DNA of 64,000 bases from an uncultured Acinetobacter sp. GTDB lineage: Bacteria > Pseudomonadota > Gammaproteobacteria > Pseudomonadales > Moraxellaceae. Shown here piece after piece: positions 45,451 through 55,610 of this stretch (the first letter of the stretch is position 1; each line of letters begins with the position of its first letter). The stretch covers positions 778-64,777 of the forward strand of contig NZ_CANQLZ010000004.1 of NCBI RefSeq assembly GCF_947624825.1, written 5' to 3'. Below the pieces are notes generated by a model. That model ran no database searches and was not told the origin of the DNA. It saw only the letters and a program-made list of their open reading frames with translations. Both the position numbers and the translations under genes were made by a program.

Positions 45451-45932
45451 TCATCACCTATATTGGCTTAGGCAGCAATCTTGGCGATTCAAAAGAAATT
45501 TTAACCGAAGCGGTGGCAAAACTTGCCACTTTAGGTGCGGTAAAAACTTCCAAGTTGTATCAAAGCCCACCTATGGGTCCACAAGATCAACCGGATTATT
45601 TTAATGCTGTGGTGCAACTCAGCACAGATTTAGCGCCGCTTGCTTTGTTGGATCAATTACAACGTTTTGAGCAAGAAGCAGGTCGTGTACGCTTACGCCA
45701 TTGGGGTGAACGTACCTTAGATCTAGATTTATTAATCTATGGTGATCAACACATTCAAAATGAACGCTTAACTGTACCGCATGTTGGGGTGTTAGAGCGT
45801 GAGTTTGTGGTGTTGCCACTTTTAGATCTCGACCCACATTTAGACGTGAAAGGTCAAAAACTACAAGACTTAGCCTTGGTTCAACAGGCAAGTTTAGCGG
45901 TTTGCGCCGATGCCGATTGGGCAACATTATAA
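45447..45932 (+). CDS. folK: HPPK (folate synthesis)
   Basis: YIGLGSNLG, QPDYFNAV, WGERTLDLDLL, LTVPH. Confidence 0.96.
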   Translation: MIITYIGLGSNLGDSKEILTEAVAKLATLGAVKTSKLYQSPPMGPQDQPDYFNAVVQLSTDLAPLALLDQLQRFEQEAGRVRLRHWGERTLDLDLLIYGDQHIQNERLTVPHVGVLEREFVVLPLLDLDPHLDVKGQKLQDLALVQQASLAVCADADWATL

Positions 45933-45974
45933 TATTTTAGGGATGTCCTTTTACTTCTATAGAGGAATAGCTAC

Positions 45975-46784
45975 ATGATTAGTCTAAGCGATTTGCGCCG
46001 CTTTAAAGCCGAAGCACGTAAATTTTCATGTCTTACATGTTATGACGCCAGTATGGCCAAAGCCATGGAAATTGCCCAAATTGATAGTATTTTGATTGGC
46101 GATTCTTTAGGGATGTCTATTCAAGGGCGTGATTCGACTTTGCCTGTCACCGTAGACGATATGGCTTATCATACTGCTGCGGTACGCCGTGGCAATAGTC
46201 ATGCTTTTATTATGACCGATTTACCGTTTATGAGTTATGCCACTTTAAACGATGCTTTGCAAAACTCACGTACTGTGATGCAAGCTGGTGCGCAAATGGT
46301 CAAAATGGAAGGTGGTGCATGGTTGGCCGAAACTGTTGAGGTGTTAACCCGTAATGGGATTCCGGTATGTGTGCATTTAGGTTTAACACCGCAATCAGTG
46401 CATGTATTGGGTGGTTATAAACTTCAAGCACGTACTCGTGAAGCAGCCGATCAACTAATTAGCGATTGTAAGGCTGTGGTGGAAGCAGGTGCTGCGATAT
46501 TATTGCTTGAATGCGTGCCGGCACAATTGGGGCAAGAAATTAGTGAATTATTCCCACATACGCCCGTGATTGGCATTGGGGCCGGCAATGCAACCGATGG
46601 TCAAGTGTTAGTTGTACAAGACATGCTAGGCTTAACCTTTGGTCGCGTAGCAAAATTTGTGCGTAACTTTATGAAAGAGCAAGCAGGCGAAACCGCTATT
46701 TTAGATGCTTTTAAAGCCTATCATGCAGCCGTATTAGATGGATCTTTTCCCGCCAAAGAACACACCTTTCAGGTCGAGCTATAA
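45975..46784 (+). CDS. panB: 3-methyl-2-oxobutanoate hydroxymethyltransferase
   Basis: LTCYD, IGDSLGM, VKMEGG, HLGLTPQS, IGIGAG, DGQVLV. Confidence 0.97.
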   Translation: MISLSDLRRFKAEARKFSCLTCYDASMAKAMEIAQIDSILIGDSLGMSIQGRDSTLPVTVDDMAYHTAAVRRGNSHAFIMTDLPFMSYATLNDALQNSRTVMQAGAQMVKMEGGAWLAETVEVLTRNGIPVCVHLGLTPQSVHVLGGYKLQARTREAADQLISDCKAVVEAGAAILLLECVPAQLGQEISELFPHTPVIGIGAGNATDGQVLVVQDMLGLTFGRVAKFVRNFMKEQAGETAILDAFKAYHAAVLDGSFPAKEHTFQVEL

Positions 46785-46787
46785 ACA

Positions 46788-47633
46788 ATGAAAACAGAAA
46801 CCACAATTCAAGGCTTAAGTGCATCACTCAGTCCAGCCCGTGCGGCACGTAAAATCATTGGTTTTGTACCCACGATGGGTAATTTACATCAAGGTCATTT
46901 AAACCTTGTGCGTGAAGCCAAGAAACTGTGTGATGTGGTGGTGGTGAGTATTTTTGTTAATCCAATTCAATTTGGACCTAACGAAGATTTTGACAGCTAC
47001 CCGCGTACTTTAGAGCAAGATCAGCGTTTGTTGGCTGAGGTGGGCTGTGACATTGTTTTTGCACCCACTGTTGAACAAATGTATGGCAATCAGTCACGTT
47101 TAACCAATATTTCAGTCGGTGGCATTACCAACGACTTATGTGGTTTACAGCGCCCTGGTCATTTTGACGGGGTGGCAGTGGTAGTGACCAAATTATTTAA
47201 TATGGTGCAACCAAAATATGCCTTCTTTGGTGAAAAAGATTACCAACAATTGGCGGTAATTCGTCAGTTTGTACGTGATTTAAACATCCCGCTGGAGGTG
47301 ATTGGTGTATCGATTGCCCGTGCTGAAGATGGTTTAGCTTTAAGTTCACGCAATGGTTATTTAAGCCCTGAACATCGTGCCATTGCACCGATCATCTATC
47401 AAAGCTTAAAAGCTGCGGCAACACAGTTACAAGCAGGTGAAGCTTTAGCCGATGTTTTAGCAAATCTAGGTCAAAACTTAACAGAGGCTGGTTTTGAGGT
47501 AGATTACGTAGAAGCGCGTAGTCCTCAACTGCAAAAAGTTCAACAATTTGATCAAGATGTGGTGCTGTTTGTGGCAGCTAAATTAGGTGCAACGCGTTTA
47601 ATTGACAACTTACAGGTTAAACATAGCGCTTAA
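46788..47633 (+). CDS. panC: Pantoate--beta-alanine ligase
   Basis: [48 protein letters not shown]. Confidence 0.97.
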   Translation: MKTETTIQGLSASLSPARAARKIIGFVPTMGNLHQGHLNLVREAKKLCDVVVVSIFVNPIQFGPNEDFDSYPRTLEQDQRLLAEVGCDIVFAPTVEQMYGNQSRLTNISVGGITNDLCGLQRPGHFDGVAVVVTKLFNMVQPKYAFFGEKDYQQLAVIRQFVRDLNIPLEVIGVSIARAEDGLALSSRNGYLSPEHRAIAPIIYQSLKAAATQLQAGEALADVLANLGQNLTEAGFEVDYVEARSPQLQKVQQFDQDVVLFVAAKLGATRLIDNLQVKHSA

Positions 47634-47653
47634 ACACTCAAAGGAGCAATGCC

Positions 47654-48505
47654 ATGAAGCGTATCTTAATTGTGACAGGACAATCAGGCTCAGGTAAATC
47701 ATCTGCTTTACAGGTGTTAGAGGATTTGGGCTATTACTGTATCGACAATTTACCCTTGGCATTGCTTCCTGAAATTGTATCTAAACTCGATTATGAAAAT
47801 AATCTAGAGCTGTTAGCGCTTGGCGTAGATGTCAGAAGTACACGTGCTGATTTGCAAGAATTTGATGACGTGTTTGCTTTATTGCAACAACACGGCGATG
47901 TTGAAGTGATTTTTTTAAGCTCACAAGACAAAGAATTATTTGCCCGTTTTAGTGCTTCACGTCGTCCGCATCCGTTATCAAGTCGTTTTCAAAGCTTAAG
48001 TGTATGTATTGAAGAAGAAAAAAAACTACTCTTGCCGATTCAAATGCGCGCAACGGTGAGTATTGATACCACCGATAAAAGTGTGCATGATTTAAAACAT
48101 GTTTTGCTGTCTAAATTAGGGCAAAATGAGCGCTTGGTTGTTATTTTACAATCTTTTGGCTACAAGCATGGTATTCCATTGGATGCCGACTATGTGTTTG
48201 ATGTTAGACATTTACCCAATCCGCATTGGGATTTAAGCTTACGTCAACATTCAGGACTTGATCAGCCGGTAAAAGAGTTTTTAAGCCAAAGTGAGCAAGT
48301 CAACGAGATGTTTAATGACCTGCATGGGTTTTTAGATAAATGGTTGCCAACCTTTTGTGAAGGGCATCGTCACTATATTACGGTGTCGATTGGCTGTACC
48401 GGTGGGCAACACCGTTCTGTATATATTGTGGATAGACTCAGACAAGCCCTTGAGGCAAAATGGTCTATTCAAGTCCTCCACCGAGAAATGAAGCACTGGT
48501 CATGA
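47654..48505 (+). CDS. rapZ: RNase adapter RapZ
   Basis: [40 protein letters not shown]. Confidence 0.95.
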   Translation: MKRILIVTGQSGSGKSSALQVLEDLGYYCIDNLPLALLPEIVSKLDYENNLELLALGVDVRSTRADLQEFDDVFALLQQHGDVEVIFLSSQDKELFARFSASRRPHPLSSRFQSLSVCIEEEKKLLLPIQMRATVSIDTTDKSVHDLKHVLLSKLGQNERLVVILQSFGYKHGIPLDADYVFDVRHLPNPHWDLSLRQHSGLDQPVKEFLSQSEQVNEMFNDLHGFLDKWLPTFCEGHRHYITVSIGCTGGQHRSVYIVDRLRQALEAKWSIQVLHREMKHWS

Positions 48506-48771
48506 TCGAAACAACTGTTGACGTAATGAATAAACTAGGTTTACATGCGCGTGCATCTGGTAAGCTAATTGAGGTCACTACCAAATTTCGTTCGTCGATT
48601 CAAATTGGCAAAGGTGACAAGTTAGTCGATGCAAAAAATATTATGTCTTTGCTGATGCTTGGTGCAGGCAAGGGCACAACTTTACGCTTGGTGATTGAAG
48701 GTTTAGATGAAGAAAAAGCTTTGTCTGAGATTCAAGCACTATTTGCAGCAAAATTTTACGAGGCAGATTAA
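48502..48771 (+). CDS. HPr-family phosphocarrier (NPr/PtsO-like)
   Basis: [10 protein letters not shown] (phospho-His), [11 protein letters not shown]; ATG at 48502 overlapping the rapZ stop. Confidence 0.92.
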   Translation: MIETTVDVMNKLGLHARASGKLIEVTTKFRSSIQIGKGDKLVDAKNIMSLLMLGAGKGTTLRLVIEGLDEEKALSEIQALFAAKFYEAD

Positions 48772-48773
48772 TC

Positions 48774-49307
48774 GTGGCACGTCGATCAACCCGTTTTACC
48801 GAAGAAGACTTTGAATCTTTGGAAGGACGTGCAAGTAAAACCGAACAGAAAAAAGCCGTACAACGTATGGCCGCTTTAGGTGAGCAGCTTGCACAACTGA
48901 GTATTAAGCAAATCAATAATCTCCCTGTTGAAGAACGCTTAATTGAGGCACTGCTTGATGTCCGTGCAATCACGTCAGGTGAGGCACGTCGTCGTCAGTT
49001 TTTACGTATTGGTAAATTGTTGCGCAATGAAGATGAAAGCATGATTTTATCTTATTTAACGCCGCAACAAGGCGCGAAAAAAACTGCACAGTTACAGCGT
49101 TGGGTTGATCGTATGATCAATCAAGGCGACCCTGTCATTAAAGAGTTTATGAAAGCGCACAATGCCGCTGAGCATCACCCAATTCGTCAGCATATTTTAC
49201 GAATTCAGCGTGATATCAGCAAACAAGTCTCTGAAGAAGAGCTTGCGGCATCGAAGTTAAAATTATTTAACTACATCCAACAAGTGGCACTCATCTCGGA
49301 TCAATAA
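48774..49307 (+). CDS. yjgA: Ribosome-associated protein YjgA/DarP (DUF615)
   Basis: SKTEQKK....ALGEQL, ARRRQF..IGKLLR. Confidence 0.88.
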   Translation: MARRSTRFTEEDFESLEGRASKTEQKKAVQRMAALGEQLAQLSIKQINNLPVEERLIEALLDVRAITSGEARRRQFLRIGKLLRNEDESMILSYLTPQQGAKKTAQLQRWVDRMINQGDPVIKEFMKAHNAAEHHPIRQHILRIQRDISKQVSEEELAASKLKLFNYIQQVALISDQ

Positions 49308-49311
49308 AAAC

Positions 49312-49333
49312 AGCGGCTGTGGCCGCTTTTTTT
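49312..49333 (+). terminator. Intrinsic terminator after yjgA
   Basis: AGCGGC-tgtg-GCCGCT-TTTTTT. Confidence 0.75.
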
Positions 49334-49439
49334 AATTCGAAAGGTTTAATCCATGGGTTAAGCCGTGTAAAATTCAAGACGATTTTTATTTATCCACCGT
49401 TTTTATCTTTTGAGGAATTTCCTCGATCATAATCTCGCG

Positions 49440-49478
49440 GTGATATGCTCTATGGTACGGGGCATCACTCCTTAAGGA
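49440..49478 (+). promoter_or_regulatory. thrS translational operator: tRNA-Thr anticodon-arm mimic adjacent to the SD
   Basis: GTG(AT)ATGCTCT-ATGGTAC-GGGGCAT CAC stem with a 7-nt loop carrying GGU at anticodon positions, followed by TAAGGA SD. Confidence 0.65.
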
Positions 49479-49484
49479 TTTTCT

Positions 49485-51407
49485 ATGCCAATTATCACTT
49501 TGCCAAATGGCGATCAAAAACAGTTTGATCAAGCCGTATCTGTGATGGATGTTGCGCTCAGCATCGGTCCGGGTCTTGCAAAAAATACAGTTGCAGGTCG
49601 TGTTAACGGTCAACTCGTTGATGCTTCTGATTTAATTACTGAAGACGCAACCTTACAAATCATCACGCCAAAAGATGAAGATGGTGTTCATATCATCCGT
49701 CACTCTTGCGCACATTTAGTGGGTCATGCGGTTAAGCAATTGTTCCCTGAAGCGAAGATGGTGATTGGTCCTGTCATTGAAGATGGTTTTTATTACGATA
49801 TTTTCAGTGAAAAGCCGTTTACGCCAGATGACATGGCTGCTATCGAAGCGCGTATGAAAAAGCTCATCGACCAAGATTATGATGTCATTAAAAAAATGAC
49901 GCCGCGTGATGAAGTGATTGCAGAGTTCACCGCGCGTGGCGAAGACTACAAATTACGCTTGATTGCAGACATGCCTGAAGAAACCGAAATGGGCTTGTAC
50001 TACCATCAAGACTATTTGGATATGTGCCGTGGTCCGCACGTTCCAAACACCAAATTCTTAAAAGCCTTTAAACTGACTAAAATGTCAGGTGCTTATTGGC
50101 GTGGTGATGCGAAAAACGAACAATTACAACGTGTTTACGGTACCGCTTGGGCAGATAAAAAGCAGCTTGCAGCATATGTAAAACGCATTGAAGAAGCAGA
50201 AAAACGCGATCACCGTAAAATTGGTAAAGCGCTTGATTTGTTCCATATGCAAGAAGAAGCACCGGGTATGGTGTTCTGGCATCCAAACGGTTGGACGATT
50301 TACCAAGTACTTGAACAGTACATGCGTAAAGTACAACAAGACAATGGTTATGAAGAAATTCGTACCCCGCAAGTGGTTGATTTCACCCTTTGGGAAAAAT
50401 CAGGACATGCTGCCAACTACGCAGATAACATGTTTACCACCCATTCAGAAAACCGTAACTATGCGGTTAAGCCAATGAACTGTCCTTGTCACGTACAAGT
50501 GTTCAATCAAGGTTTAAAATCTTACCGTGATTTACCAGTACGTTTAGCTGAGTTTGGTTCGTGCCATCGTAACGAACCATCGGGTTCATTACATGGCATT
50601 ATGCGTGTACGTGGCTTTACTCAAGATGACGCGCATATTTTCTGTACCAAAGAACAAATTGGTCAAGAAGTTGCAGACTTCATTAAATTGACCTTAGATG
50701 TTTATAAAGACTTTGGCTTCGAAGAAGTACAAATGAAACTCTCTACACGTCCTGAAAAACGTGTGGGTGATGACGCGCTTTGGGATATGGCAGAAAAATC
50801 TTTAGCTGATGCTTTAGATGCAGCCGGTCTTGAGTGGGAATTGCAACCGGGTGAAGGTGCATTCTACGGTCCAAAAATTGAATTCTCTTTAAAAGACTGC
50901 TTAGGTCGTGTATGGCAATGTGGTACTATTCAGTGTGACTTTAACTTACCAGAGCGTTTAGACGCCTCGTATGTCACTGAAGACAACGACCGCGATCAGC
51001 CTGTGATGTTACACCGTGCGATCTTAGGCAGTTTCGAGCGCTTCATTGGTATTTTAATTGAGCACTATGCAGGCTTTATGCCACCTTGGTTGGCACCAAT
51101 TCAAGCCTGCGTGATGAACATTACTGATTCACAAGCCGAAGCGTGTGAGTCAGTCGTCGCAAAACTTAAAGAAAGCGGTATCCGCGCGATTTCAGACTTG
51201 AGAAATGAGAAAATCGGCTTTAAGATTCGTGAACGTACCTTAGAACGTGTTCCTTACTTACTGGTTTTAGGTGACCGTGAAGTTGAGGAAGGTACTGTAA
51301 ACGTGCGTACCCGTTCAGGGAAAAATTTGGGTACTATGTCAATCGATGCTTTCGTTGACTTAGTGAAAGTAGCCGTTGCCGAACGCGGCCGGTACATTGT
51401 GGAGTAA
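49485..51407 (+). CDS. thrS: Threonine--tRNA ligase
   Basis: TGS domain, [46 protein letters not shown]. Confidence 0.99.
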   Translation: MPIITLPNGDQKQFDQAVSVMDVALSIGPGLAKNTVAGRVNGQLVDASDLITEDATLQIITPKDEDGVHIIRHSCAHLVGHAVKQLFPEAKMVIGPVIEDGFYYDIFSEKPFTPDDMAAIEARMKKLIDQDYDVIKKMTPRDEVIAEFTARGEDYKLRLIADMPEETEMGLYYHQDYLDMCRGPHVPNTKFLKAFKLTKMSGAYWRGDAKNEQLQRVYGTAWADKKQLAAYVKRIEEAEKRDHRKIGKALDLFHMQEEAPGMVFWHPNGWTIYQVLEQYMRKVQQDNGYEEIRTPQVVDFTLWEKSGHAANYADNMFTTHSENRNYAVKPMNCPCHVQVFNQGLKSYRDLPVRLAEFGSCHRNEPSGSLHGIMRVRGFTQDDAHIFCTKEQIGQEVADFIKLTLDVYKDFGFEEVQMKLSTRPEKRVGDDALWDMAEKSLADALDAAGLEWELQPGEGAFYGPKIEFSLKDCLGRVWQCGTIQCDFNLPERLDASYVTEDNDRDQPVMLHRAILGSFERFIGILIEHYAGFMPPWLAPIQACVMNITDSQAEACESVVAKLKESGIRAISDLRNEKIGFKIRERTLERVPYLLVLGDREVEEGTVNVRTRSGKNLGTMSIDAFVDLVKVAVAERGRYIVE

Positions 51408-51412
51408 CAGCG

Positions 51413-51961
51413 ATTAAACAGCCTGACCGTAATCAACAGGGCGGTAAGTCAAACCGTCCTGCTTTGAATGATGAAATTCGTGCTAAAGAAGTTCGTCTTG
51501 TAGACGAAAATGGTGAGCAAAAAGGTATTGTAAGCTTAGCAGACGCCGTGCGCGCTGCAGAAGCTGTTGATCTTGACTTGGTTGAGATCGTTGCTAATGC
51601 TGAGCCACCAGTTTGTAAAATCATGGACTTTAACAAGCATTTGTTTGACCTTAAGCAAAAGCAAAAAGAAGCGAAGAAAAAACAACATCAAGTACAGGTG
51701 AAAGAAATCAAGCTCCGCCCTGGTACTGATGTTGGTGATTACAACGTAAAATTACGTTCAATCATCAAGTTCCTTGAAGAAGGCAACAAGGTGAAAATCA
51801 CCCTTCGTTTCCGTGGTCGTGAAATGGCCCATCAACAATTAGGTTTAGCGCAATTACAAAAAGTTGAAGCTGACGTAGTTGATTTTGGTGTTGTTGAGCA
51901 ATCTCCAAAAATGGAAGGTCGTCAAATGGGTATGTTACTTGGACCGAAAAAGAAAAAGTAA
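51413..51961 (+). CDS. infC: Translation initiation factor IF-3 (ATT start)
   Basis: In-frame ATT 51 nt upstream of the track start with GGAG SD in the thrS end; [25 protein letters not shown]. Confidence 0.96.
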   Translation: MKQPDRNQQGGKSNRPALNDEIRAKEVRLVDENGEQKGIVSLADAVRAAEAVDLDLVEIVANAEPPVCKIMDFNKHLFDLKQKQKEAKKKQHQVQVKEIKLRPGTDVGDYNVKLRSIIKFLEEGNKVKITLRFRGREMAHQQLGLAQLQKVEADVVDFGVVEQSPKMEGRQMGMLLGPKKKK

Positions 51962-51970
51962 TCACCCATC

Positions 51971-52000
51971 AAAAAGCGCTGCAGTTGCAGCGCTTTTTTT
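51971..52000. terminator. Bidirectional terminator between infC and ibpA
   Basis: AAAAAGCGCTGC-agtt-GCAGCGCTTTTTTT. Confidence 0.9.
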
Positions 52001-52023
52001 ATGCCTTATTTTAAAACAACAAC

Positions 52024-52470
52024 TTAAGCTTGCTTTTCAATTTGCTCAAGTTGAGGTCCAATTGGAATTTGGCGTGGTAACTTTTCTTCAGGAATAATGC
52101 GTTGTAAATCAATTGATAGCAAACCATTTTGGTAATCGGCTTGTTGCACTTCAATATATTCATCTAAACGCAATGACAGTTTAAATGCACGACGTGCAAT
52201 CCCTTTATGTAAAAACTCAATCTGTTCTTGGTCTTGTGGTTTAGCTTGTGCTGTAATGCTTAACAAGCGATTTTCAAGATGAATGGCCAATTCATTTTGG
52301 TCAAAACCTGCCGCCGCCACCACAATACGGTAAGCATTGTCACCGCGTTTTTCGATGTTATAAGGGGGATAATTTGGAGTGTCGCTTTGCATGGCATAGT
52401 CAAAGAAATCATTTAAACGGTCAAAGCCAATACCACGACGAAATAACGGGCTTAAAGTCATATTACTCAT
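52024..52470 (-). CDS. ibpA: Small heat-shock protein (Hsp20, IbpA-like)
   Basis: LFRRGIGFDRL, YPPYNIEK, AAGF, FLHKGIARRAF, NGLLSIDL.R.IPE. Confidence 0.93.
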   Translation of the reverse strand: MSNMTLSPLFRRGIGFDRLNDFFDYAMQSDTPNYPPYNIEKRGDNAYRIVVAAAGFDQNELAIHLENRLLSITAQAKPQDQEQIEFLHKGIARRAFKLSLRLDEYIEVQQADYQNGLLSIDLQRIIPEEKLPRQIPIGPQLEQIEKQA

Positions 52471-52476
52471 AAATAA

Positions 52477-52499
52477 AACCTTCTAAGGTTAGCAAAGTC
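52477..52499 (-). promoter_or_regulatory. ROSE-like RNA thermometer over the ibpA SD
   Basis: Transcript GACUUU-G-CU/aaccuu/AG-AAGGUU: UUGCU with bulged G pairs with the AGAAGG SD. Confidence 0.55.
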
Positions 52500-52575
52500 A
52501 TACAAATAAGTGGCTGCAATCTAATATTCACAACCTGACGCTTAACATCCAAAACAGATCGTTTGCGTATTTTTT

Positions 52576-52603
52576 ATATAGGTTTAACTTAAAAAATTTC
52601 AAG
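52576..52603 (-). promoter_or_regulatory. sigma32 (RpoH) promoter of ibpA
   Basis: Minus strand CTTGAAA-14nt-CCTATAT upstream of an Hsp20 gene. Confidence 0.7.
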
Positions 52604-52707
52604 AAAAAATTACCTGTAAAATTTTAATTTATTGTTTTTATAAAACATTTTTTTTACAAAAAATGTTTGAAAAGCATGTTATAAAAATACTCACTTGAGC
52701 AACTACA

Positions 52708-53343
52708 ATGACTTTTAGCATGATTGATCTTTATTATTGGCCAACCCCCAATGGGCATAAAATTACAATTGCCTTAGAAGAAATGGGATTTGAGTATCAA
52801 ATTTTTCCGATCAATATTAGCCAAAATGCTCAATTTCAACCTGATTTTTTAAAGATTTCACCCAATAACAAAATTCCTGCCATTGTTGATCAAGATGGGC
52901 CGCATGGTCAGCCAATTTCGGTGTTTGAATCAGGCGCAATTTTGCAATATCTCGCGCGTAAAACAGGTTTGTTTTATCCAAGCGCTGAAGTTGCGCGTAT
53001 AGAGGTAGAGCAGTGGCTGATGTGGCAAATGGCAAGTTTTGGTCCAATGTTGGGACAAAACCATCATTTTAGTCGCTTTGCGCCTGAACGAATCGCTTAT
53101 GCAACCGAGCGTTATGTTGCAGAAACTCAGCGTTTATACACAGTGTTAGATACACAGCTTGCAAATCGCGACTATGTTGCAGGTGAGTACTCGATTGCAG
53201 ATATGGCGATTTTGCCTTGGATCTTACGGTATGAATGGCAGCAGATTGATTTAAATGACTATCCGTATGTTTTGTCTTATATGCAACGCCTTACTGCACG
53301 TCCTGCGGTGCAACGTGCTTTGGCAATTCAGCTTGATGTTTAA
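52708..53343 (+). CDS. yfcG: Glutathione S-transferase family, YfcG-like disulfide oxidoreductase
   Basis: LYYWPTPNGHKI, SPNNKIPAI, FESGAIL, QWLMWQM..FGPM.GQ. Confidence 0.88.
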   Translation: MTFSMIDLYYWPTPNGHKITIALEEMGFEYQIFPINISQNAQFQPDFLKISPNNKIPAIVDQDGPHGQPISVFESGAILQYLARKTGLFYPSAEVARIEVEQWLMWQMASFGPMLGQNHHFSRFAPERIAYATERYVAETQRLYTVLDTQLANRDYVAGEYSIADMAILPWILRYEWQQIDLNDYPYVLSYMQRLTARPAVQRALAIQLDV

Positions 53344-53387
53344 ATCTGCTACCATGCAGATGAATCTTTTTTCAATGGTCTGGGTCA

Positions 53388-53672
53388 ATGCAACAGTTTT
53401 TCTTAAATTTAACGCGTATTGTTGAAAATAACGCACGAATCTATTTAAGCATTATTTTTGGTATTGCCTTATGCTTATTGATATTTGTGGCAGAAGCGGT
53501 GCATGTGCAAAAAATTGCAGAAAGTTTAGCCACCAAAGATCAAAACATATTGCGTGCTGCGATTAGCCCGATTGCAGACATTTACACATGGGCGCGTATT
53601 GTAGTGCTGATTTTGATGTGTGTTTGGTCACGTCTTGAATATAGCCGTACCAAAAAGCGTTTAGGCTTGTAA
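53388..53672 (+). CDS. Small two-TM hypothetical protein
   Basis: Two hydrophobic helices; fills the gap between GST and yqaA with 1-nt spacing to the next start. Confidence 0.7.
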   Translation: MQQFFLNLTRIVENNARIYLSIIFGIALCLLIFVAEAVHVQKIAESLATKDQNILRAAISPIADIYTWARIVVLILMCVWSRLEYSRTKKRLGL

Positions 53673-53673
53673 A

Positions 53674-54099
53674 TTGGCACTGCTCCTCCTATTTGTGAGT
53701 GCCTTTGGTGCAGCTACTTTATTGCCCTTACAATCAGAGGCAGTATTGCTCGCGATGTTAAGCCAAACTGATTATTCAGCAGCTTTGCTGATTTTTGTGG
53801 CAAGCGTAGGTAATATTTTAGGCAGTTGCGTCAATTGGTACCTAGGAATCAAGGCCGAACATTTTAAAGATAAAAAATGGTTTCCTGTATCTGAGCAAAA
53901 ACTCAACCGCGCGCAAAAGCTGTATCATCGTTATGGATTTTGGTCGTTGTTGTTGAGTTGGACACCTATCATTGGTGATCCCATTACCTTGATTGCCGGT
54001 TTAATGCGAGAAAATTTCATCCGATTTTTACTGATGGTCAGCATGGCAAAAATCGGACGTTATCTATTTATTTACTGGATTATGCTTCAATTACATTGA
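53674..54099 (+). CDS. yqaA: YqaA/DedA-family membrane protein
   Basis: SAFGAATLLP..SE, GNILGS..NW.LG, LLLSW.P.IGD.ITL.AG, KIGRY. Confidence 0.88.
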   Translation: MALLLLFVSAFGAATLLPLQSEAVLLAMLSQTDYSAALLIFVASVGNILGSCVNWYLGIKAEHFKDKKWFPVSEQKLNRAQKLYHRYGFWSLLLSWTPIIGDPITLIAGLMRENFIRFLLMVSMAKIGRYLFIYWIMLQLH

Positions 54100-54824
54100 T
54101 CTACATTCAGTTTAAGTTTCTCGCTGAACTTAAAGCTTTGTAATTGATAGAAATTACGTGGTGCACTAAGTTGAACTTGTGCAAATTGTGTCACTAAACG
54201 ATGATCTAAATTGAAATATCCTGAGCCTTTGGTAATACGAGTGGATGTAATTTTATTATGACGATTAAGGCTAAAATCAAATTCTATCGATCTATCCTCT
54301 GAACCCACATTATATAGTTGCGCTTCTAGCTTGGGTGGTTGACTGAGATATTTGAACCCCAAGTCTTGGCCTTGCTGCTGCTTAGTAAAACCAACCACTT
54401 CAAATTGACAAGTGGACACGATCTTAGGCGCTGTAGGCTTACTTTTGGTGGTTGATTGATAGTCGTTTGCCATCATCTCGAATTTTTGTATGACATATAT
54501 AGGTTGAGAGTAAGGTTTAAAACGAGCATGTTGTGTTGCCTCAATGATCATTGCATCTAATGCTTGTAGGCCTGAACTTTGATCAATGTTCACTGTTTTG
54601 ATTGCACCACTGCTATCAGCTTCTATCTTGACAGAAATTTTTCTCGGTTGACCTTCTAAATCGCCATCTTTTAATCTGACTTTCGGTGCCCGTAACCATT
54701 CTAGTTGTGGATAATCATGCATCAGTTTAAATTGTGGCTTTGCCTGATCAATTGTCGCAGTATCCGCACATATATTTTGGTTTAGTCCGAGTAAAAGACC
54801 GAAGCAGATTAATTTATGGATCAT
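54087..54824 (-). CDS. Exported protein with two TonB C-terminal-like domains (paralog A)
   Basis: Signal peptide; SSGLQALDAMIIEA...ARFKP and GSGYFNLD..L domains. Confidence 0.75.
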   Translation of the reverse strand: MIHKLICFGLLLGLNQNICADTATIDQAKPQFKLMHDYPQLEWLRAPKVRLKDGDLEGQPRKISVKIEADSSGAIKTVNIDQSSGLQALDAMIIEATQHARFKPYSQPIYVIQKFEMMANDYQSTTKSKPTAPKIVSTCQFEVVGFTKQQQGQDLGFKYLSQPPKLEAQLYNVGSEDRSIEFDFSLNRHNKITSTRITKGSGYFNLDHRLVTQFAQVQLSAPRNFYQLQSFKFSEKLKLNVDQCN

Positions 54825-54884
54825 GAATAGGCATTCCTAACAGCATGTATAGCAAAGCAACATGCTGTCACTATAGGATTAGTT

Positions 54885-55610
54885 TTATAAGCAATGATTT
54901 AACTTAAAGACAATTTCATCTTTTAAGGTCTTTGGTTTATACAGCCAATATTTACGCGGTACGTTCAACCGTACCGATTGTGCTGCGTTTTTCACCTGTT
55001 GATCAAGGTTATATATGCCTGAGCCTTTGTTAATTTTAACTTTTTTCACATCGCCTTTTTTGTTCACTTTTAATTCAAAAGCCACACGACGTGTATGCTG
55101 ATTTAAATCATCTTCTGTTAAAGCCAAAACGGGTTGTTGTTGATAAGTAAAAGTAGCTTTTTGACCCTGTTGCTGTGCCTGCCATACTTTAGAATTAAAT
55201 TGGTATTGGCAAATTTTTTGATCATCATGTTGATATTTCAAGTTAAAGACTTGATAGCCAATAATAGGTAAGGTGGTGTCTTGAACCTGATGCGGTTTGA
55301 CTTGCGCGCTTGATACGGCTGTAAGCAGTGCCTGATCAATTTTTTTGACCCCACTACTTTCTTGGATACTAGCTTTGGTCACTTTACCTGTTTCATCAGC
55401 ATAAACACGTACAATTGCGCTACGATCTTGCCGATTTAAGTCTTGGTTTTGATAATGTGGCTTCGGAAATTTCTGCCAATCAATACGTGTGGTGAGATGA
55501 GCGGGCAGGGCAGCTAGGGTTTGTGGGGTTAATTGTTGGGTTTTGACTGGCTCACTATGAGCAAGGCAAAAGGGTAAACTAAACAGTGCTACAGCGATAA
55601 TTGCTTTCAT
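54885..55610 (-). CDS. Exported protein with two TonB C-terminal-like domains (paralog B)
   Basis: Signal peptide MKAIIAVALFSLPFCLAHS; SSGVKKIDQALLTAV...VKP and GSGIYNLDQQVKNAA; ATG at 55610. Confidence 0.75.
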   Translation of the reverse strand: MKAIIAVALFSLPFCLAHSEPVKTQQLTPQTLAALPAHLTTRIDWQKFPKPHYQNQDLNRQDRSAIVRVYADETGKVTKASIQESSGVKKIDQALLTAVSSAQVKPHQVQDTTLPIIGYQVFNLKYQHDDQKICQYQFNSKVWQAQQQGQKATFTYQQQPVLALTEDDLNQHTRRVAFELKVNKKGDVKKVKINKGSGIYNLDQQVKNAAQSVRLNVPRKYWLYKPKTLKDEIVFKLNHCL

